DNA of 62,134 nt, taken from NCBI GenBank assembly GCA_964487295.1, contig CAZAQL010000002.1, positions 1-62,134 of the forward strand, given 5' to 3'. Origin of the DNA: an uncultured bacterium (GTDB lineage Bacteria > Joyebacterota > Joyebacteria > Joyebacterales > Joyebacteraceae). Below the pieces are notes generated by a model. It searched no databases and had not been told where the DNA came from. It saw only the letters and a program-made list of their open reading frames with translations. Position 1 is the stretch's first letter. Every line of letters begins with the position of its first letter. The position numbers and the translations under genes are program-made. Shown here piece after piece: positions 9,004 to 18,459 of this stretch.

Positions 9004-10172
9004 TCCTCCCCTTCCGAGCAGACCTCCGCGTAGACGTCGAGGACCGCCTCGACGCACGTGTCGACCGAGAACTCACGCTCGAGCTTCGCCCGCCCGGCCT
9101 CGCCCAGCGACGCGCCGCGGTCCGGGCGCTCGAGGATCCCCGCGACGGCGTCGGCGAGGCCGGCGACATCGCGCGGCCGGATGAGACGGCCCGTGACACC
9201 GTCCTCGACCTGCTCGCTGATGCCTCCGACGTCCGTCGCCACAACGGGCAGTCGCGCCCCCATCGCCTCCAGGATCACGAACGGAAGACACTCGTCCTCC
9301 GACGGGAGCATCAGGAGATCGACGCACGAGAGGATGTCCGGCACGTCGCGGCGGAATCCCGCCCACACGACGTGATCGTCCACGCCGAGCTCGGTCGACA
9401 GACGGCGGAGTGTCTGCTCCGTCTCCCCCTCGCCGACGAGAACGAGCCTGTAGCCGGGGATCCGCTCGCGGATCGCCGGGATCGCCCGCAGCGCGAGCGC
9501 GTGACCCTTCCGCTCCGCCATACGGCCGACGAGCACGGCGGCAACGGAGCTCTCGGTCAGACCGAGAGAGCGCCGCGCTCCAACCGCGTCGCGCGCCGCA
9601 TCGAGCGCGCCAATGTCGAGCCCGTTCCTGATCGCCGTGATCCGGTCCGGCGGGACCCCGTAGTGATCGATGAGCATGCCACGGCTGAGCTCCGAGACCG
9701 CGACGATCCGGTCGACGCGTCGGTTCGTCCAGCGAACGAGCGACGTGATGATCGGTCGGCCGAACGGAACGCGGGAGTCCGGGGGAAGCGCGAGATGCTC
9801 CGTGGTCACGACGTTCGGCACCCCGCCGGAGCGCGCCCCGAGGATCGCCGAGAGGCAGTTCCTCGGATGCGTCTTGTTGACGTGGACGAGTTCGAAGCCG
9901 GCGAGCAGCCGCCTCGCCTCGGAGTAGACGCGCGGGCTGAACTCCTTGCCGTGCCGGAACCGCGTGACGTCGAACCCAAGTCCGGTGAGGTGCTCGACCC
10001 AGGCGTCGACCTCGCCCCAGTCCGCGACGAAAAGAGGCGTCTCATAGCCGGCCCTTCTGAGACCACAGGCGAGCTGCGTCAGGTAGACCTCGGCCCCTCC
10101 CCACGCGCGCGCGTCGGTGTAGAAGGCGATGGTGCGGGGGACCGCACTCCGGTTCGGAGACCGGCCCGTCAC
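9000..10172 (-). CDS. Glycosyltransferase family 4
   Basis: IAFYTDARAWGGAEVYLTQLACGLRRAGYE and LPSEDECLPFVILEAMGARLPVVATDVGGISEQV. Confidence 0.85.
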   Translation of the reverse strand: MTGRSPNRSAVPRTIAFYTDARAWGGAEVYLTQLACGLRRAGYETPLFVADWGEVDAWVEHLTGLGFDVTRFRHGKEFSPRVYSEARRLLAGFELVHVNKTHPRNCLSAILGARSGGVPNVVTTEHLALPPDSRVPFGRPIITSLVRWTNRRVDRIVAVSELSRGMLIDHYGVPPDRITAIRNGLDIGALDAARDAVGARRSLGLTESSVAAVLVGRMAERKGHALALRAIPAIRERIPGYRLVLVGEGETEQTLRRLSTELGVDDHVVWAGFRRDVPDILSCVDLLMLPSEDECLPFVILEAMGARLPVVATDVGGISEQVEDGVTGRLIRPRDVAGLADAVAGILERPDRGASLGEAGRAKLEREFSVDTCVEAVLDVYAEVCSEGEE

Positions 10173-11722
10173 GGCTCCATCCAGACCGTGCTCGGCACGA
10201 GATCCTGTTCGTCAGGCTGAACCGGCAGCTGCCCCTCGCGCACCATCCGGTCGAGCGACACGATGATCGCAAGAAGCGCGTAGAGCGCGTATCCGACGTT
10301 GCGGTGATGGAACAGGTGGACGAAGAGAGTCTGCGCGAGGATCGCGAAGAACCCCGCGTAGGCTCCCTGCGCGAGGAAGCCGAAGCCCGGATGCCGCGCG
10401 AGCGCCCGGAGGTTCCTCAAGGCCATCCGGAAGATGGCGACGAGAAACGCGATGAAGAAGAGTACGGCTGGAATGCCGTTCTCCGCGGCGATGGTCAGAA
10501 GCAGGTTGTGCGCCTGGGTGAGCACGCCGGCCACCATGCTGTTGTCGGCGTGCCAGAGAAACGCTCCCGCCCCGACGCCCGTGATCGGATTGCTCCCGAT
10601 GACCTCGAGCGCGCTCCTGAAGATAGCCGGCCGCGCCGAGTAGTTGCTTCGGTTGAGCTGCTCGAACCTGAGCGAGATGAGCTCGACGACACCCCGCTCC
10701 GTGTAGACGAGCGACATGCCCTGCGCCACGAGGGCGAAGAGGACGATGAAGAGCACGATCCGCTTCAGCGCCCGGTGGTCGCTGATGCCGAGCATCCCGA
10801 TGCCGGCCATGACGCCGATCCACGCGCTCCTCGAGTAGGTGAAGAGCAGTCCGAGGAACCCGATGAGGATCGCGAGGTCCGCGAAGAGCTTATGATACCA
10901 CCGTTTCAGGTGGTCGACGGCGAAGAACCACATCGGCATCGACATGATGAGGAACGCCCCGAGGAAGTTCGGATGTCCCAGGCCCAGGAACTTCGACCCG
11001 GCGCCCTCCGATCGACCGCCGACGACGCCCGCCTCGAGTTCCTCCTCCGTCGCGTGCACCGCCTCGACCGCGCCTCCGAAGCGACCGAAGAGCCCGACGC
11101 CGGCCACGAAGAGCCCGGCCGTCGCAAAGACGATCGCGAAGTTCCTGACGTCCTTCGGCCTCCTCAACAAGGTGACGACCAGGTAGAACCAGGCGAAATA
11201 CAGCACCTGTTCCTTCCAGTAGAGCAGCACCCTGGCCCGCGCGTACGGGCTCCAGTTCTTGTTGAGCCCGACGAGCATCGCGAGCGTGACGAACACGAGG
11301 TACATAACCACGATCGTGTCGAGCGGGGTCTTTCTGACGAGCGGACCCTTCGCCGCGAAGGCGCGGTCGGCCGAGTACCGCACGATATAGACGAACCAGA
11401 CCCCGACGAGCGCGAGGTTGAATCCGCTCACGTGGAAGACGTTGCCCGGACCGAAGCTGATGCCGGGCCGCGTGAAGGCGATCATCGCGCAGAGGCCGAG
11501 CACGGCCCACTCGATGCGGACGACCGTGATGATGACGATGAAGGCCGCCATGATGAAGACGACCAGGTAGATGGGATCCGGAAACCGGACCTTCGTCAGG
11601 AGAACCCAGGAGAAGGCGACGTAGAAGCAGATGGCCGCCGCCCAGACCGGCCACGACCGGCCGAGGAAGTCCTCGCTCCGCTCGTAGAGGCCCCTGAAGA
11701 GGCGGGTGAGTGCGCTCATCAT
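10169..11722 (-). CDS. O-antigen ligase/polymerase family membrane protein (Wzy-like)
   Basis: Multi-pass hydrophobic protein with the Wzy_C-type motif LLFTYSRSAWIGVMAGIG. Start placed at ATG 11722/11719 directly after GGGAGGAG. The longer ORF to 11800 is an extension. Confidence 0.75.
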   Translation of the reverse strand: MMSALTRLFRGLYERSEDFLGRSWPVWAAAICFYVAFSWVLLTKVRFPDPIYLVVFIMAAFIVIITVVRIEWAVLGLCAMIAFTRPGISFGPGNVFHVSGFNLALVGVWFVYIVRYSADRAFAAKGPLVRKTPLDTIVVMYLVFVTLAMLVGLNKNWSPYARARVLLYWKEQVLYFAWFYLVVTLLRRPKDVRNFAIVFATAGLFVAGVGLFGRFGGAVEAVHATEEELEAGVVGGRSEGAGSKFLGLGHPNFLGAFLIMSMPMWFFAVDHLKRWYHKLFADLAILIGFLGLLFTYSRSAWIGVMAGIGMLGISDHRALKRIVLFIVLFALVAQGMSLVYTERGVVELISLRFEQLNRSNYSARPAIFRSALEVIGSNPITGVGAGAFLWHADNSMVAGVLTQAHNLLLTIAAENGIPAVLFFIAFLVAIFRMALRNLRALARHPGFGFLAQGAYAGFFAILAQTLFVHLFHHRNVGYALYALLAIIVSLDRMVREGQLPVQPDEQDLVPSTVWMEP

Positions 11723-11858
11723 CGCTCCTCCCTCAGACCCGAGCCGCGTCTCCGGGCGCCCGAGCGCGTCGCGCGGCGCGGCGTGGCCCCGCATGGGCAC
11801 GGGAGAGCGATGCGTCCGTCCCGCCGCGGCGGCGCCGGCGCCGCCGCGTTCGCCCCCG

Positions 11859-12662
11859 CTACAGGCGTTCGTAGATCATGCGGGGGATGTAGAAGCGCCT
11901 CCGGTTCAGGACGGTGCCGAGAATGTTGGCTCCCGCCCCGCGGAGGTGTTCGGCCGCCAGCTCGACGAGCTGCCGCTTCGTCCTGCCGGCGCGGATGACG
12001 AGCACGACACCGTCGACCTGCCTCGAGAGCTGCACTCCCTCGGAGAAGGAGAGCACCGGCGGCATGTCGATCACGGTCAGGCGGAAGCTCCTGCGAGCGG
12101 ATCCGATGGCGTCCTCGAGACCGGGGTGCGTGAAAACACGCGGCGGCGCGATGACACGGCGTCCCGCCGGCATGAGCGACAGATGAGGGACCGGGGTCGC
12201 GTGAACGCACGTCTCGAACTCCGCTCCGCCCAGCACGAGATCGGTGAGGCCCGGGTCGGGCTGCGTGCGGAACAGCGTGTGATGTTCCGGCTTCCTGAGG
12301 TCCGCGTCGACGAGCAGCGTATCGACCTCGTTCGTGGACGCCAGCGTCTCGGCGAACTCGCGCGCGATGGTGCTGGTGCCTTCCCGTCTCACCGCGCTCG
12401 TGACCATGACGACGCGCGACCGGAGGTCGGGCAGGGCGATGTAGATCTCGGAGGCCAGGGTATGGTACTCCTCGGCGTCCTCGGCGGGCGTGATCCTGCG
12501 CGCCGTGGACGGCGGCGCCGGGCGGCGGGCCGTGACGAACTCCTCACGGGCGACGTCCTCGCCCTCACGGGCGAACGCGCCTTCGCGCCGCTCCTGCTCC
12601 CCGGCCGCGGAGCCCTCGCTCTCGCGCCTCGCCTTGTCCATCGCCTTGGAGATCTTGCTCAT
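11859..12662 (-). CDS. BY-kinase-like (CpsD/CapB, PEP-CTERM-locus tyrosine autokinase-like) P-loop protein with degenerate Walker A
   Basis: Start MSKISKAMDKARRE (ATG 12662). VVMVTSAVRREGTSTIA sits where GxGKS/T is expected. Walker A' is TLLVDADLRKP and Walker B is LTVIDMPPV. There is no C-terminal Tyr cluster (only ...RFYIPRMIYERL). Confidence 0.7.
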   Translation of the reverse strand: MSKISKAMDKARRESEGSAAGEQERREGAFAREGEDVAREEFVTARRPAPPSTARRITPAEDAEEYHTLASEIYIALPDLRSRVVMVTSAVRREGTSTIAREFAETLASTNEVDTLLVDADLRKPEHHTLFRTQPDPGLTDLVLGGAEFETCVHATPVPHLSLMPAGRRVIAPPRVFTHPGLEDAIGSARRSFRLTVIDMPPVLSFSEGVQLSRQVDGVVLVIRAGRTKRQLVELAAEHLRGAGANILGTVLNRRRFYIPRMIYERL

Positions 12663-12679
12663 CACGTCCCTCCGGACGG

Positions 12680-13537
12680 TCAGGCCTGCCCCGCTCCCGC
12701 TTGCGGCGGATCGTACGCGCCGTCGTCGGCACTGCGGCATTCGACCGCGTCGATGGTCTCCTCGATGGTCCGCCGGCCGATCCACGGCCGGTTGTCCGCA
12801 TACCCCGCCAGCAGCGCGTTGTCGCACACCGTGTTGATCGACCTCGGCACGCCCTTCGAGTAATCGTAGACCGCGTCGATGGCGCTCCGGTCGAAGATCT
12901 CAAGATCGGTGGCGCCGGCCACCGTCAGGCGGTGCCGGATGTACTCCCCCGTCTCCTGACGGGAGAGCGGCTCGAGATTGAAGCGGATGCTGATACGCTG
13001 TCTGAGTTGCCTGAGCTGCTCGAGCTCGAGCTTCCTCCTGAGCTCCGGCTGTCCCGAGAGGACGATCTGCAGGCTGCACCGGCCCATCGACCGGAGGTTG
13101 GACAGCAGCCGAATCTCCTCCAGCAGCGGGAGGTTGAGGTTCTGAGCCTCATCGATGACGAAGACCGCGTTCCTCCCCTGCGCCGTCCACTGACCGAGGA
13201 AGGCCGCGATCTCACGCATGATCTCCATCTTCGTCGTGCCCTTGAACTCAACGCCGAGCTCCCATGCCAGGACGCGCAGCAGGTCGGTCTTGCCGATGGT
13301 CGTGTTCGACAGCCACGCGACCTTCGTCGACGCGTCCAGCCGTGAGACCAGCGCGTCGAGCATCGTCGTCTTCCCCGTGCCGACCTCACCCGTAAGCTGG
13401 ACGAACACGCGCCGCTCCCTGACCCCGTACGTCAGGTGCGCCAGCGCCTCCCGGTGCTTCTCGCTCAGATAGAGGAACCTGAGGTCCGGCGAGAGCTCGA
13501 ACGGCCGTTCCGACAGCTTGTAGAACCTGGTATACAC
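12680..13537 (-). CDS. ExeA/GspA-like AAA ATPase (PEP-CTERM-locus secretion ATPase type)
   Basis: MYTRFYKLSERPFELSPDLRFLYLSEKHREALAHLTYG....QLTGEVGTGKTT matches the ExeA-like N-terminus plus Walker A. Walker B is in VFVIDEAQNL. Confidence 0.8.
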   Translation of the reverse strand: MYTRFYKLSERPFELSPDLRFLYLSEKHREALAHLTYGVRERRVFVQLTGEVGTGKTTMLDALVSRLDASTKVAWLSNTTIGKTDLLRVLAWELGVEFKGTTKMEIMREIAAFLGQWTAQGRNAVFVIDEAQNLNLPLLEEIRLLSNLRSMGRCSLQIVLSGQPELRRKLELEQLRQLRQRISIRFNLEPLSRQETGEYIRHRLTVAGATDLEIFDRSAIDAVYDYSKGVPRSINTVCDNALLAGYADNRPWIGRRTIEETIDAVECRSADDGAYDPPQAGAGQA

Positions 13538-13583
13538 GTCCTCACACCTTCTTCTCTGTGCGCACCCCGCGACGCCCGCCGCG

Positions 13584-14951
13584 TCAACCGCGATCGGGGA
13601 TCGTGGCGATCACCTTGAGTCCGAGACTGTGCTGCACGTCCTCCCGCCGCTCGAGCGAGTTGTCCATCCGCTCGAGCATGAAGATGAGGAGCACGCCGAA
13701 CACGATCGTGAAGAGCCCGACGACGATCCGCATGTTGACGGGCTGCGGCGTCGGCCGCGCCGGAATCGCGGCACGCGATACGATCCCCACGTTGAGGAGA
13801 TTCGGGTCGGTCGCTGCGGTGATCCGGAACTGCTCGCGCCGGTCCATGATGATGCCGTAGAGATCGGCGCGGATCGACAGGTCGTGCTCGAGGAGACGGA
13901 TCGTCAGCGCCTCCTCCATGATGTCCTCGTCCTCCGCGTGAAGGTCCTCGAGCATCGCCTCGATGGCCCGGCGCTCCGCCTTCCACTCGTCGAGCCGCAT
14001 CTGCTGCCTGGCGAGGGCCTGCTCGACCTCCGAGCGCAGCACCTGCTCCGTCGACTCGATCTGGCGGCTGAGCTTGAGCACCTCGGGATGATCCGGCGTG
14101 TACCGGGACGTCGCGTCCGCGAGCTCGAGATCGAGTTCGATCAGCCGCGACTTCGCCTGCCTGACGGTCGCCATGTCGTAGATCTCGCCGCTCGGCACGT
14201 GCGAAGGATCTGCGCCGGAATCGAGCCACTCGCGGACCATGGAGAGCTGCTCCTCGCGAGCCTCGATGTTCGCATTGAGCGACGCAAGCTCGTTGCTGAA
14301 GCGGTCCTGAAGGCCCATCCGCTGTTCGCCCCGGCGGCCCTGCGCCAGGTTGCCGCTCTCTCCTCCGTACTCCGCGATCGCCATCGCGATCGAGTCGCGC
14401 TCGGCCTTGACACGCTGCGCCTGCTCGTCCAGATATCGAACGGCATCGTAGTTGAGCGAGACGCTCTTCCGGATCTCGAGGTAGGCGTCGAGCGCCGTGT
14501 TGACGATCGCCGCCGCGCGCTCGGGATCCGTGTCCCGGTAGCTGATATCGATGATGTCGGACTCGGGCTGGTCGGCCGCCCGGATACGGTCCTGGATGTT
14601 CTCGACGATGAGACGGCGGTTGCGGCCCTCGGCCAGACCGAGGCTGTCCACGACGGCCGCCGCGACCGCCGAGCTCTCGATGATGCTGATCTCCGAGTTG
14701 ATCACCTCGCCGCGTTTGAGCACGGCGCGTGTCTCGGACGGCATCACGTAGCCCTGGTTCAGTCGCTTGATGTACACGCGCGCCGTCGCCTCGTAGCCTG
14801 GAACGGCCGTCGAGAAGCCGTAGACCATGACGGCGATTCCCACGATCAGGAAGGTGATCAGCACGACCTTCCGTTTGAACACGACGTACGCGATATCGCG
14901 CAGCAGTGATGCGCTCTCGGCGGTCGTCTTCGTGGCGGGCTGTGCGTTCAA
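13584..14951 (-). CDS. Polysaccharide chain-length determinant (Wzz/GumC family)
   Basis: N-terminal TM (VVLITFLIVGIAVMVYGF), long coiled-coil region and C-terminal TM (IVVGLFTIVFGVLLIFMLE). Start proposed at TTG 14951, 7-8 nt after GAGGGA, because the longer ORF overlaps the exporter gene by 170 nt with junk sequence. Confidence 0.75.
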   Translation of the reverse strand: MNAQPATKTTAESASLLRDIAYVVFKRKVVLITFLIVGIAVMVYGFSTAVPGYEATARVYIKRLNQGYVMPSETRAVLKRGEVINSEISIIESSAVAAAVVDSLGLAEGRNRRLIVENIQDRIRAADQPESDIIDISYRDTDPERAAAIVNTALDAYLEIRKSVSLNYDAVRYLDEQAQRVKAERDSIAMAIAEYGGESGNLAQGRRGEQRMGLQDRFSNELASLNANIEAREEQLSMVREWLDSGADPSHVPSGEIYDMATVRQAKSRLIELDLELADATSRYTPDHPEVLKLSRQIESTEQVLRSEVEQALARQQMRLDEWKAERRAIEAMLEDLHAEDEDIMEEALTIRLLEHDLSIRADLYGIIMDRREQFRITAATDPNLLNVGIVSRAAIPARPTPQPVNMRIVVGLFTIVFGVLLIFMLERMDNSLERREDVQHSLGLKVIATIPDRG

Positions 14952-14976
14952 TGCCGCGTCCCTCTGGTGGTGTCGT

Positions 14977-15750
14977 CTAGTAGTAGCGTCTGCCGCTGTC
15001 GTTGACGTTCGCCATCTCCCAGCCGCGCAGGTAGAAGATCTGCGCGGGGGCGATGTTGTCGAAGAACAGGTCGACGAATTCCCCGACCTTACCGATGACC
15101 GACTTCGGCACGTAGACCACGTCGTTGGGGGCCAGGACCAGGTCACCCGACATGTCCCGCCCGCTCAGGATCTTCGTAACGTCCACACGGTGCGCCTCGG
15201 GCTCGGCGACCCCGCTCGTGCGGACTACCATCACGCTGCTCGGCTTGCCGGTCGACAGGAGCCCGCCGGCCGCCGCCAGAGCGCGCGTGACCGTGAGCTC
15301 ACCCGAAGACTCGATCCTGCCCGGCCTGTCGACCTCGCCGATGACGAACACCGGCTGCTCGGCGATCGACTCCACGACGACGGTGACCGTCGGATCCAGC
15401 AGGTAGGCGCCGAGCTTCCGCTCGAGCTCCTCGGAGACCTCGCTCGCCGTCCGTCCCGCCGCCTGGATCTCGCCGACAAGTGGAGCGCTGAGCCCGCCGG
15501 ACGGCGTGACCGGACCAGTGAAATCGAGCTGGTCGTCGGTCATGAAGTTCACGTCCACGGTGTCGCCTATGCGCAGCCGGTACGGACCCGCGCTCGTCGT
15601 CGCCGTCAAGCCCGTCGACACCGTCGCCTGCGCCGCCTGCCCCGTCGTCACCGGTTCGACGCTCGTCTGCCGCCCCGCGCAGCCCGACAGGCACAGCACG
15701 ACCGTCATCCCCGCCGTTGCGAGGAGCAATCCGCGATTCCTCGACTGCAT
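14977..15750 (-). CDS. Polysaccharide export lipoprotein (Wza-like; Poly_export + SLBB)
   Basis: MQSRNRGLLLATAGMTVVLCLSGC has a lipobox. YRLRIGDTVDVNF...LVGEIQAAGRTASEVSEELERKL is a Poly_export-type motif. 15774 is an alternative start. Confidence 0.8.
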   Translation of the reverse strand: MQSRNRGLLLATAGMTVVLCLSGCAGRQTSVEPVTTGQAAQATVSTGLTATTSAGPYRLRIGDTVDVNFMTDDQLDFTGPVTPSGGLSAPLVGEIQAAGRTASEVSEELERKLGAYLLDPTVTVVVESIAEQPVFVIGEVDRPGRIESSGELTVTRALAAAGGLLSTGKPSSVMVVRTSGVAEPEAHRVDVTKILSGRDMSGDLVLAPNDVVYVPKSVIGKVGEFVDLFFDNIAPAQIFYLRGWEMANVNDSGRRYY

Positions 15751-15844
15751 AATCGGGTCCCCCGATGCACCCAAGCGGTCCGTCGAAGCGAACGACGCTC
15801 CGACCCTTCACACGCTAAAGCATAACTCATGCCACAGTTAGGGC

Positions 15845-17476
15845 CTAGCGCCCCGTCCCGGCTCGTGAACTGAGCTCTTCCTCACTCTCGGGCCCGTCCG
15901 GGTCTCCCTCGCCGTCCCCTCCGAGAGCATACAGGCGCACGGTGACGCCGGGGAAGCCCTCGGTCTTAAGCCGGCGGTGTCGCCGCTCGAGGTACTGCAC
16001 GATCCGACCGTCCGGGTCGGCGTGCCACAGCCGCCCCTCGACGAGCCACACCCTCTCGTGGCCGGCGACCCCTTCCTCAACGCGGCGAGCGACCTCCGAA
16101 TCGCTCCCGCACTGCCCCGGATACAGCAGGAAGCTCGGGGCGTCTCCCTCATAGTAGTGGTCGAAGACGTCGGTCACGACGGGGACGAGAATAACATCTC
16201 CGGGCCTCTCCGCCATCTCGATGTATCGCGCCGCCGCCCGGACGTCCTCGCGCCAGTACTCGGGGTTCCAGTAGGCGTTGCCGACCCCGACCAGGCAGAG
16301 CGCGAACATCAGGCCACCGACGATCCACGCGGGCGCGCGCGGGAGCCGCGCGATGCCGCCTCCCAGGAGCACCAGCACCAGCGGAGCCATGACCGCCACG
16401 TAACGCGCGTTGAAGACCTTGATGTTCAGAAGCGCAAGAAGCGTGACCGCCGCCAGCGGAATCAGTACCGTGCAGGCCAGAAGCCACAGCCGCAGGCGGT
16501 CGTGCCGGAAGCACGCAAGCCCGGACAGGCCCGCCGCCGCAAGCGCCGCCAGCGCCGCGCCGACGACGAACCGGTGCTTCAGGAACGCGCGCGCCGGTCC
16601 CTCTCTGTGGAGCTCGGCGTTCGAGGGGCCGACCGAATACCCGTAGACCATCGCGTAGATGGAGTACGGGATCGCCATCGGCGTGAAGGTCGTCTCGCCC
16701 CTGAGCCGCGTCACTTCTCCCGACTCCCCCGGAGCGGTGACGCGCTCTCCGACGCGGTCCACTCGGACCCACTGCGTCACGCCCCAGATCCACGGCGCCA
16801 GACAGACCGCGACGAGCACGAAGGTCAGGATCCACCGGACGACAAAGCCACGGTCGTCGCGCGCCCGCGGCAGCGCGAACACCCAGTGCGCAGCGGCGAG
16901 GAAGACCGCTGAGAGGTTCGAGAGAATCGCCAGACCCGTCGCGACGCCGTATGCGATCCACGGGCCGCCCCGCCGCGTCACGATCCGCCACACGGCGAGC
17001 GTCGCCGCCGTCGCGAAGAAGAGCAGGAGCGCGTAGTTCCGGAGTTCCTGGGAGTACCAGATGAAGAACGGCGAGACGGTGGCGAGACCCGCGGCGACGA
17101 GTCCCGCGCGTCGATCGACGACCTCCCGTCCGAGGAGGTAGACCATCGGGACCGTCGCCACTCCGAAGACCGCGGAGAGCCCCCTCAGGAGCCCCTCCCC
17201 GGTGCCTGCCGCGCTCAGCAGATGGACCAGCACGGCGTGAAGCGGTCCCTGGACGTTCGTTAACACCGAGCGGGCCGTGAGCGTTCCACCCACGGCCGCG
17301 GCCTTGATCGTCCATAGCTCGTCCACCCAGAAGCTCTGGGCGTCGATACGGTAGAAGCGCAGCATGGCTGCCGCGACCGTGAGGGCGACCACCCACCACG
17401 TCACACTCCCGCCGCCCGCGAGCGGCCGCACGGCAGCGCCGTCGCGCACTCTCCGTGTTCTCTTAACTCGACTCAC
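15845..17476 (-). CDS. GT-C fold glycosyltransferase (ArnT/PMT, GT39/83-like) membrane protein
   Basis: About 11 TM segments, an FWVDE acidic motif in the first loop (FYRIDAQSFWVDELW) and a soluble C-terminal domain of about 150 aa. GTG start. Confidence 0.75.
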   Translation of the reverse strand: MSRVKRTRRVRDGAAVRPLAGGGSVTWWVVALTVAAAMLRFYRIDAQSFWVDELWTIKAAAVGGTLTARSVLTNVQGPLHAVLVHLLSAAGTGEGLLRGLSAVFGVATVPMVYLLGREVVDRRAGLVAAGLATVSPFFIWYSQELRNYALLLFFATAATLAVWRIVTRRGGPWIAYGVATGLAILSNLSAVFLAAAHWVFALPRARDDRGFVVRWILTFVLVAVCLAPWIWGVTQWVRVDRVGERVTAPGESGEVTRLRGETTFTPMAIPYSIYAMVYGYSVGPSNAELHREGPARAFLKHRFVVGAALAALAAAGLSGLACFRHDRLRLWLLACTVLIPLAAVTLLALLNIKVFNARYVAVMAPLVLVLLGGGIARLPRAPAWIVGGLMFALCLVGVGNAYWNPEYWREDVRAAARYIEMAERPGDVILVPVVTDVFDHYYEGDAPSFLLYPGQCGSDSEVARRVEEGVAGHERVWLVEGRLWHADPDGRIVQYLERRHRRLKTEGFPGVTVRLYALGGDGEGDPDGPESEEELSSRAGTGR

Positions 17477-17539
17477 GAATCAGCACCGCCTCGTTCATCA
17501 GAACCCGTGAGCCGACGGGGTACTCGGTAGCAAGCATGC

Positions 17540-17569
17540 AGCTTAGGCGAACAGACGCCCCCCTGTCAA
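17540..17569 (-). promoter_or_regulatory. Sigma70-type promoter candidate for the GT-C gene and downstream EPS export genes
   Basis: Minus strand reads TTGACA (17569-17564), then 18 nt, then TAAGCT (17545-17540), about 65 nt upstream of GTG 17476 inside a 290-nt gap. Confidence 0.5.
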
Positions 17570-17655
17570 CGACACAGTCACCCGCCCCCGTCGTCGCTCA
17601 CGTGTGTCCGCACAACTTGTGTGGCTGAGACCGTGCGCCTGTCGCGGACGCAAGA

Positions 17656-17710
17656 ATCCGGCAGCGTCGCGGTGTGAGTGAGGGTTCCTGATGCGCTTCC
17701 GCTGCCGGAT
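17656..17710. repeat. 11-bp perfect inverted repeat separated by 33 nt (terminator stem or operator candidate)
   Basis: atccggcagcg (17656-17666) and cgctgccggat (17700-17710). It lies between the sugar transferase stop (17767) and the 17569 promoter. No U-tract. Confidence 0.35.
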
Positions 17711-17766
17711 CCACGGTGGTCTCTGTCACTGCGCGTCGTGCGAAGTCCTCCATCGAAGCAGTGCGC

Positions 17767-18459
17767 CTAGTATGCTCCCTTTCGCGACAGGACCGCCGGG
17801 AGAGTCCTGCTCAGGATCTTCACGTCCAGTCCGAGCGACTGACGTCGGATGTACTCGATATCGAGCCGCATCCACTCGGTGAACCCGATGTGGTTGCGGC
17901 CGCTGATCTGCCAGAGACACGTGATGCCCGGCAGCACCGAGAGCTTCTCGCGCTGCCAGCTCTCATACTTCGCCACCTCGCCGGGCAGCGGCGGCCTCGG
18001 GCCGACCAGACTCATGTCTCCCCTGAGGACGTTGATGAGCTGTGGAAGCTCATCGAGACTCGTCCGCCGCAGGAAGGTGCCCACACGCGTGATGCGCGGA
18101 TCGTTCGAGATCTTGAAGACCGGTCCCTCAAGCTCGTTGAGATGCATCAGCTTCTGCTTCTGCTCCTCGGCGTCGATGACCATCGACCGGAACTTGTAGA
18201 ACCAGAACTCCCGTCCGTCCTTCCCGACGCGAACCTGGCGGAAGTAGACGGGGCCACGCGAATCCAGCTTGACGGCGATCGAGATGATGAGGAACACCGG
18301 TGACAGCAGCGTGAGCCCGATCAGGCTCGCGACGACGTCGAACGGACGCTTAAGCATGCGCCGGTAGAGCGCGCCCCTGAGAACGCTGACCGACTCACGC
18401 TCCTCGCGCGCCCCCTCCTCGATCGTGCCGTATCCGAACCTCTCGTCGACGAAATACAC
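17767..18459 (-). CDS. Undecaprenyl-phosphate sugar phosphotransferase (bacterial sugar transferase, WbaP/EpsB C-terminal type)
   Basis: MLKRPFDVVASLIGLTLLSPVFLIISIAVKLDSRGPVYFRQVRVGKDGREFWFYKFRSM...GDMSLVGPRP is the PF02397 signature. The track start is GTG 18459. ATG 18357 (MLKRPFD) is a credible alternative. Confidence 0.88.
   Translation of the reverse strand: MYFVDERFGYGTIEEGAREERESVSVLRGALYRRMLKRPFDVVASLIGLTLLSPVFLIISIAVKLDSRGPVYFRQVRVGKDGREFWFYKFRSMVIDAEEQKQKLMHLNELEGPVFKISNDPRITRVGTFLRRTSLDELPQLINVLRGDMSLVGPRPPLPGEVAKYESWQREKLSVLPGITCLWQISGRNHIGFTEWMRLDIEYIRRQSLGLDVKILSRTLPAVLSRKGAY

Noticed and set aside
15775-15844. AT-richer patch with TATGCT upstream of the polysaccharide exporter gene as an internal promoter
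   Set aside because: No TTGACA-like -35 box lies at the proper spacing, and the gap is only 70 nt. The exporter gene is more simply co-transcribed from the 17569 promoter.
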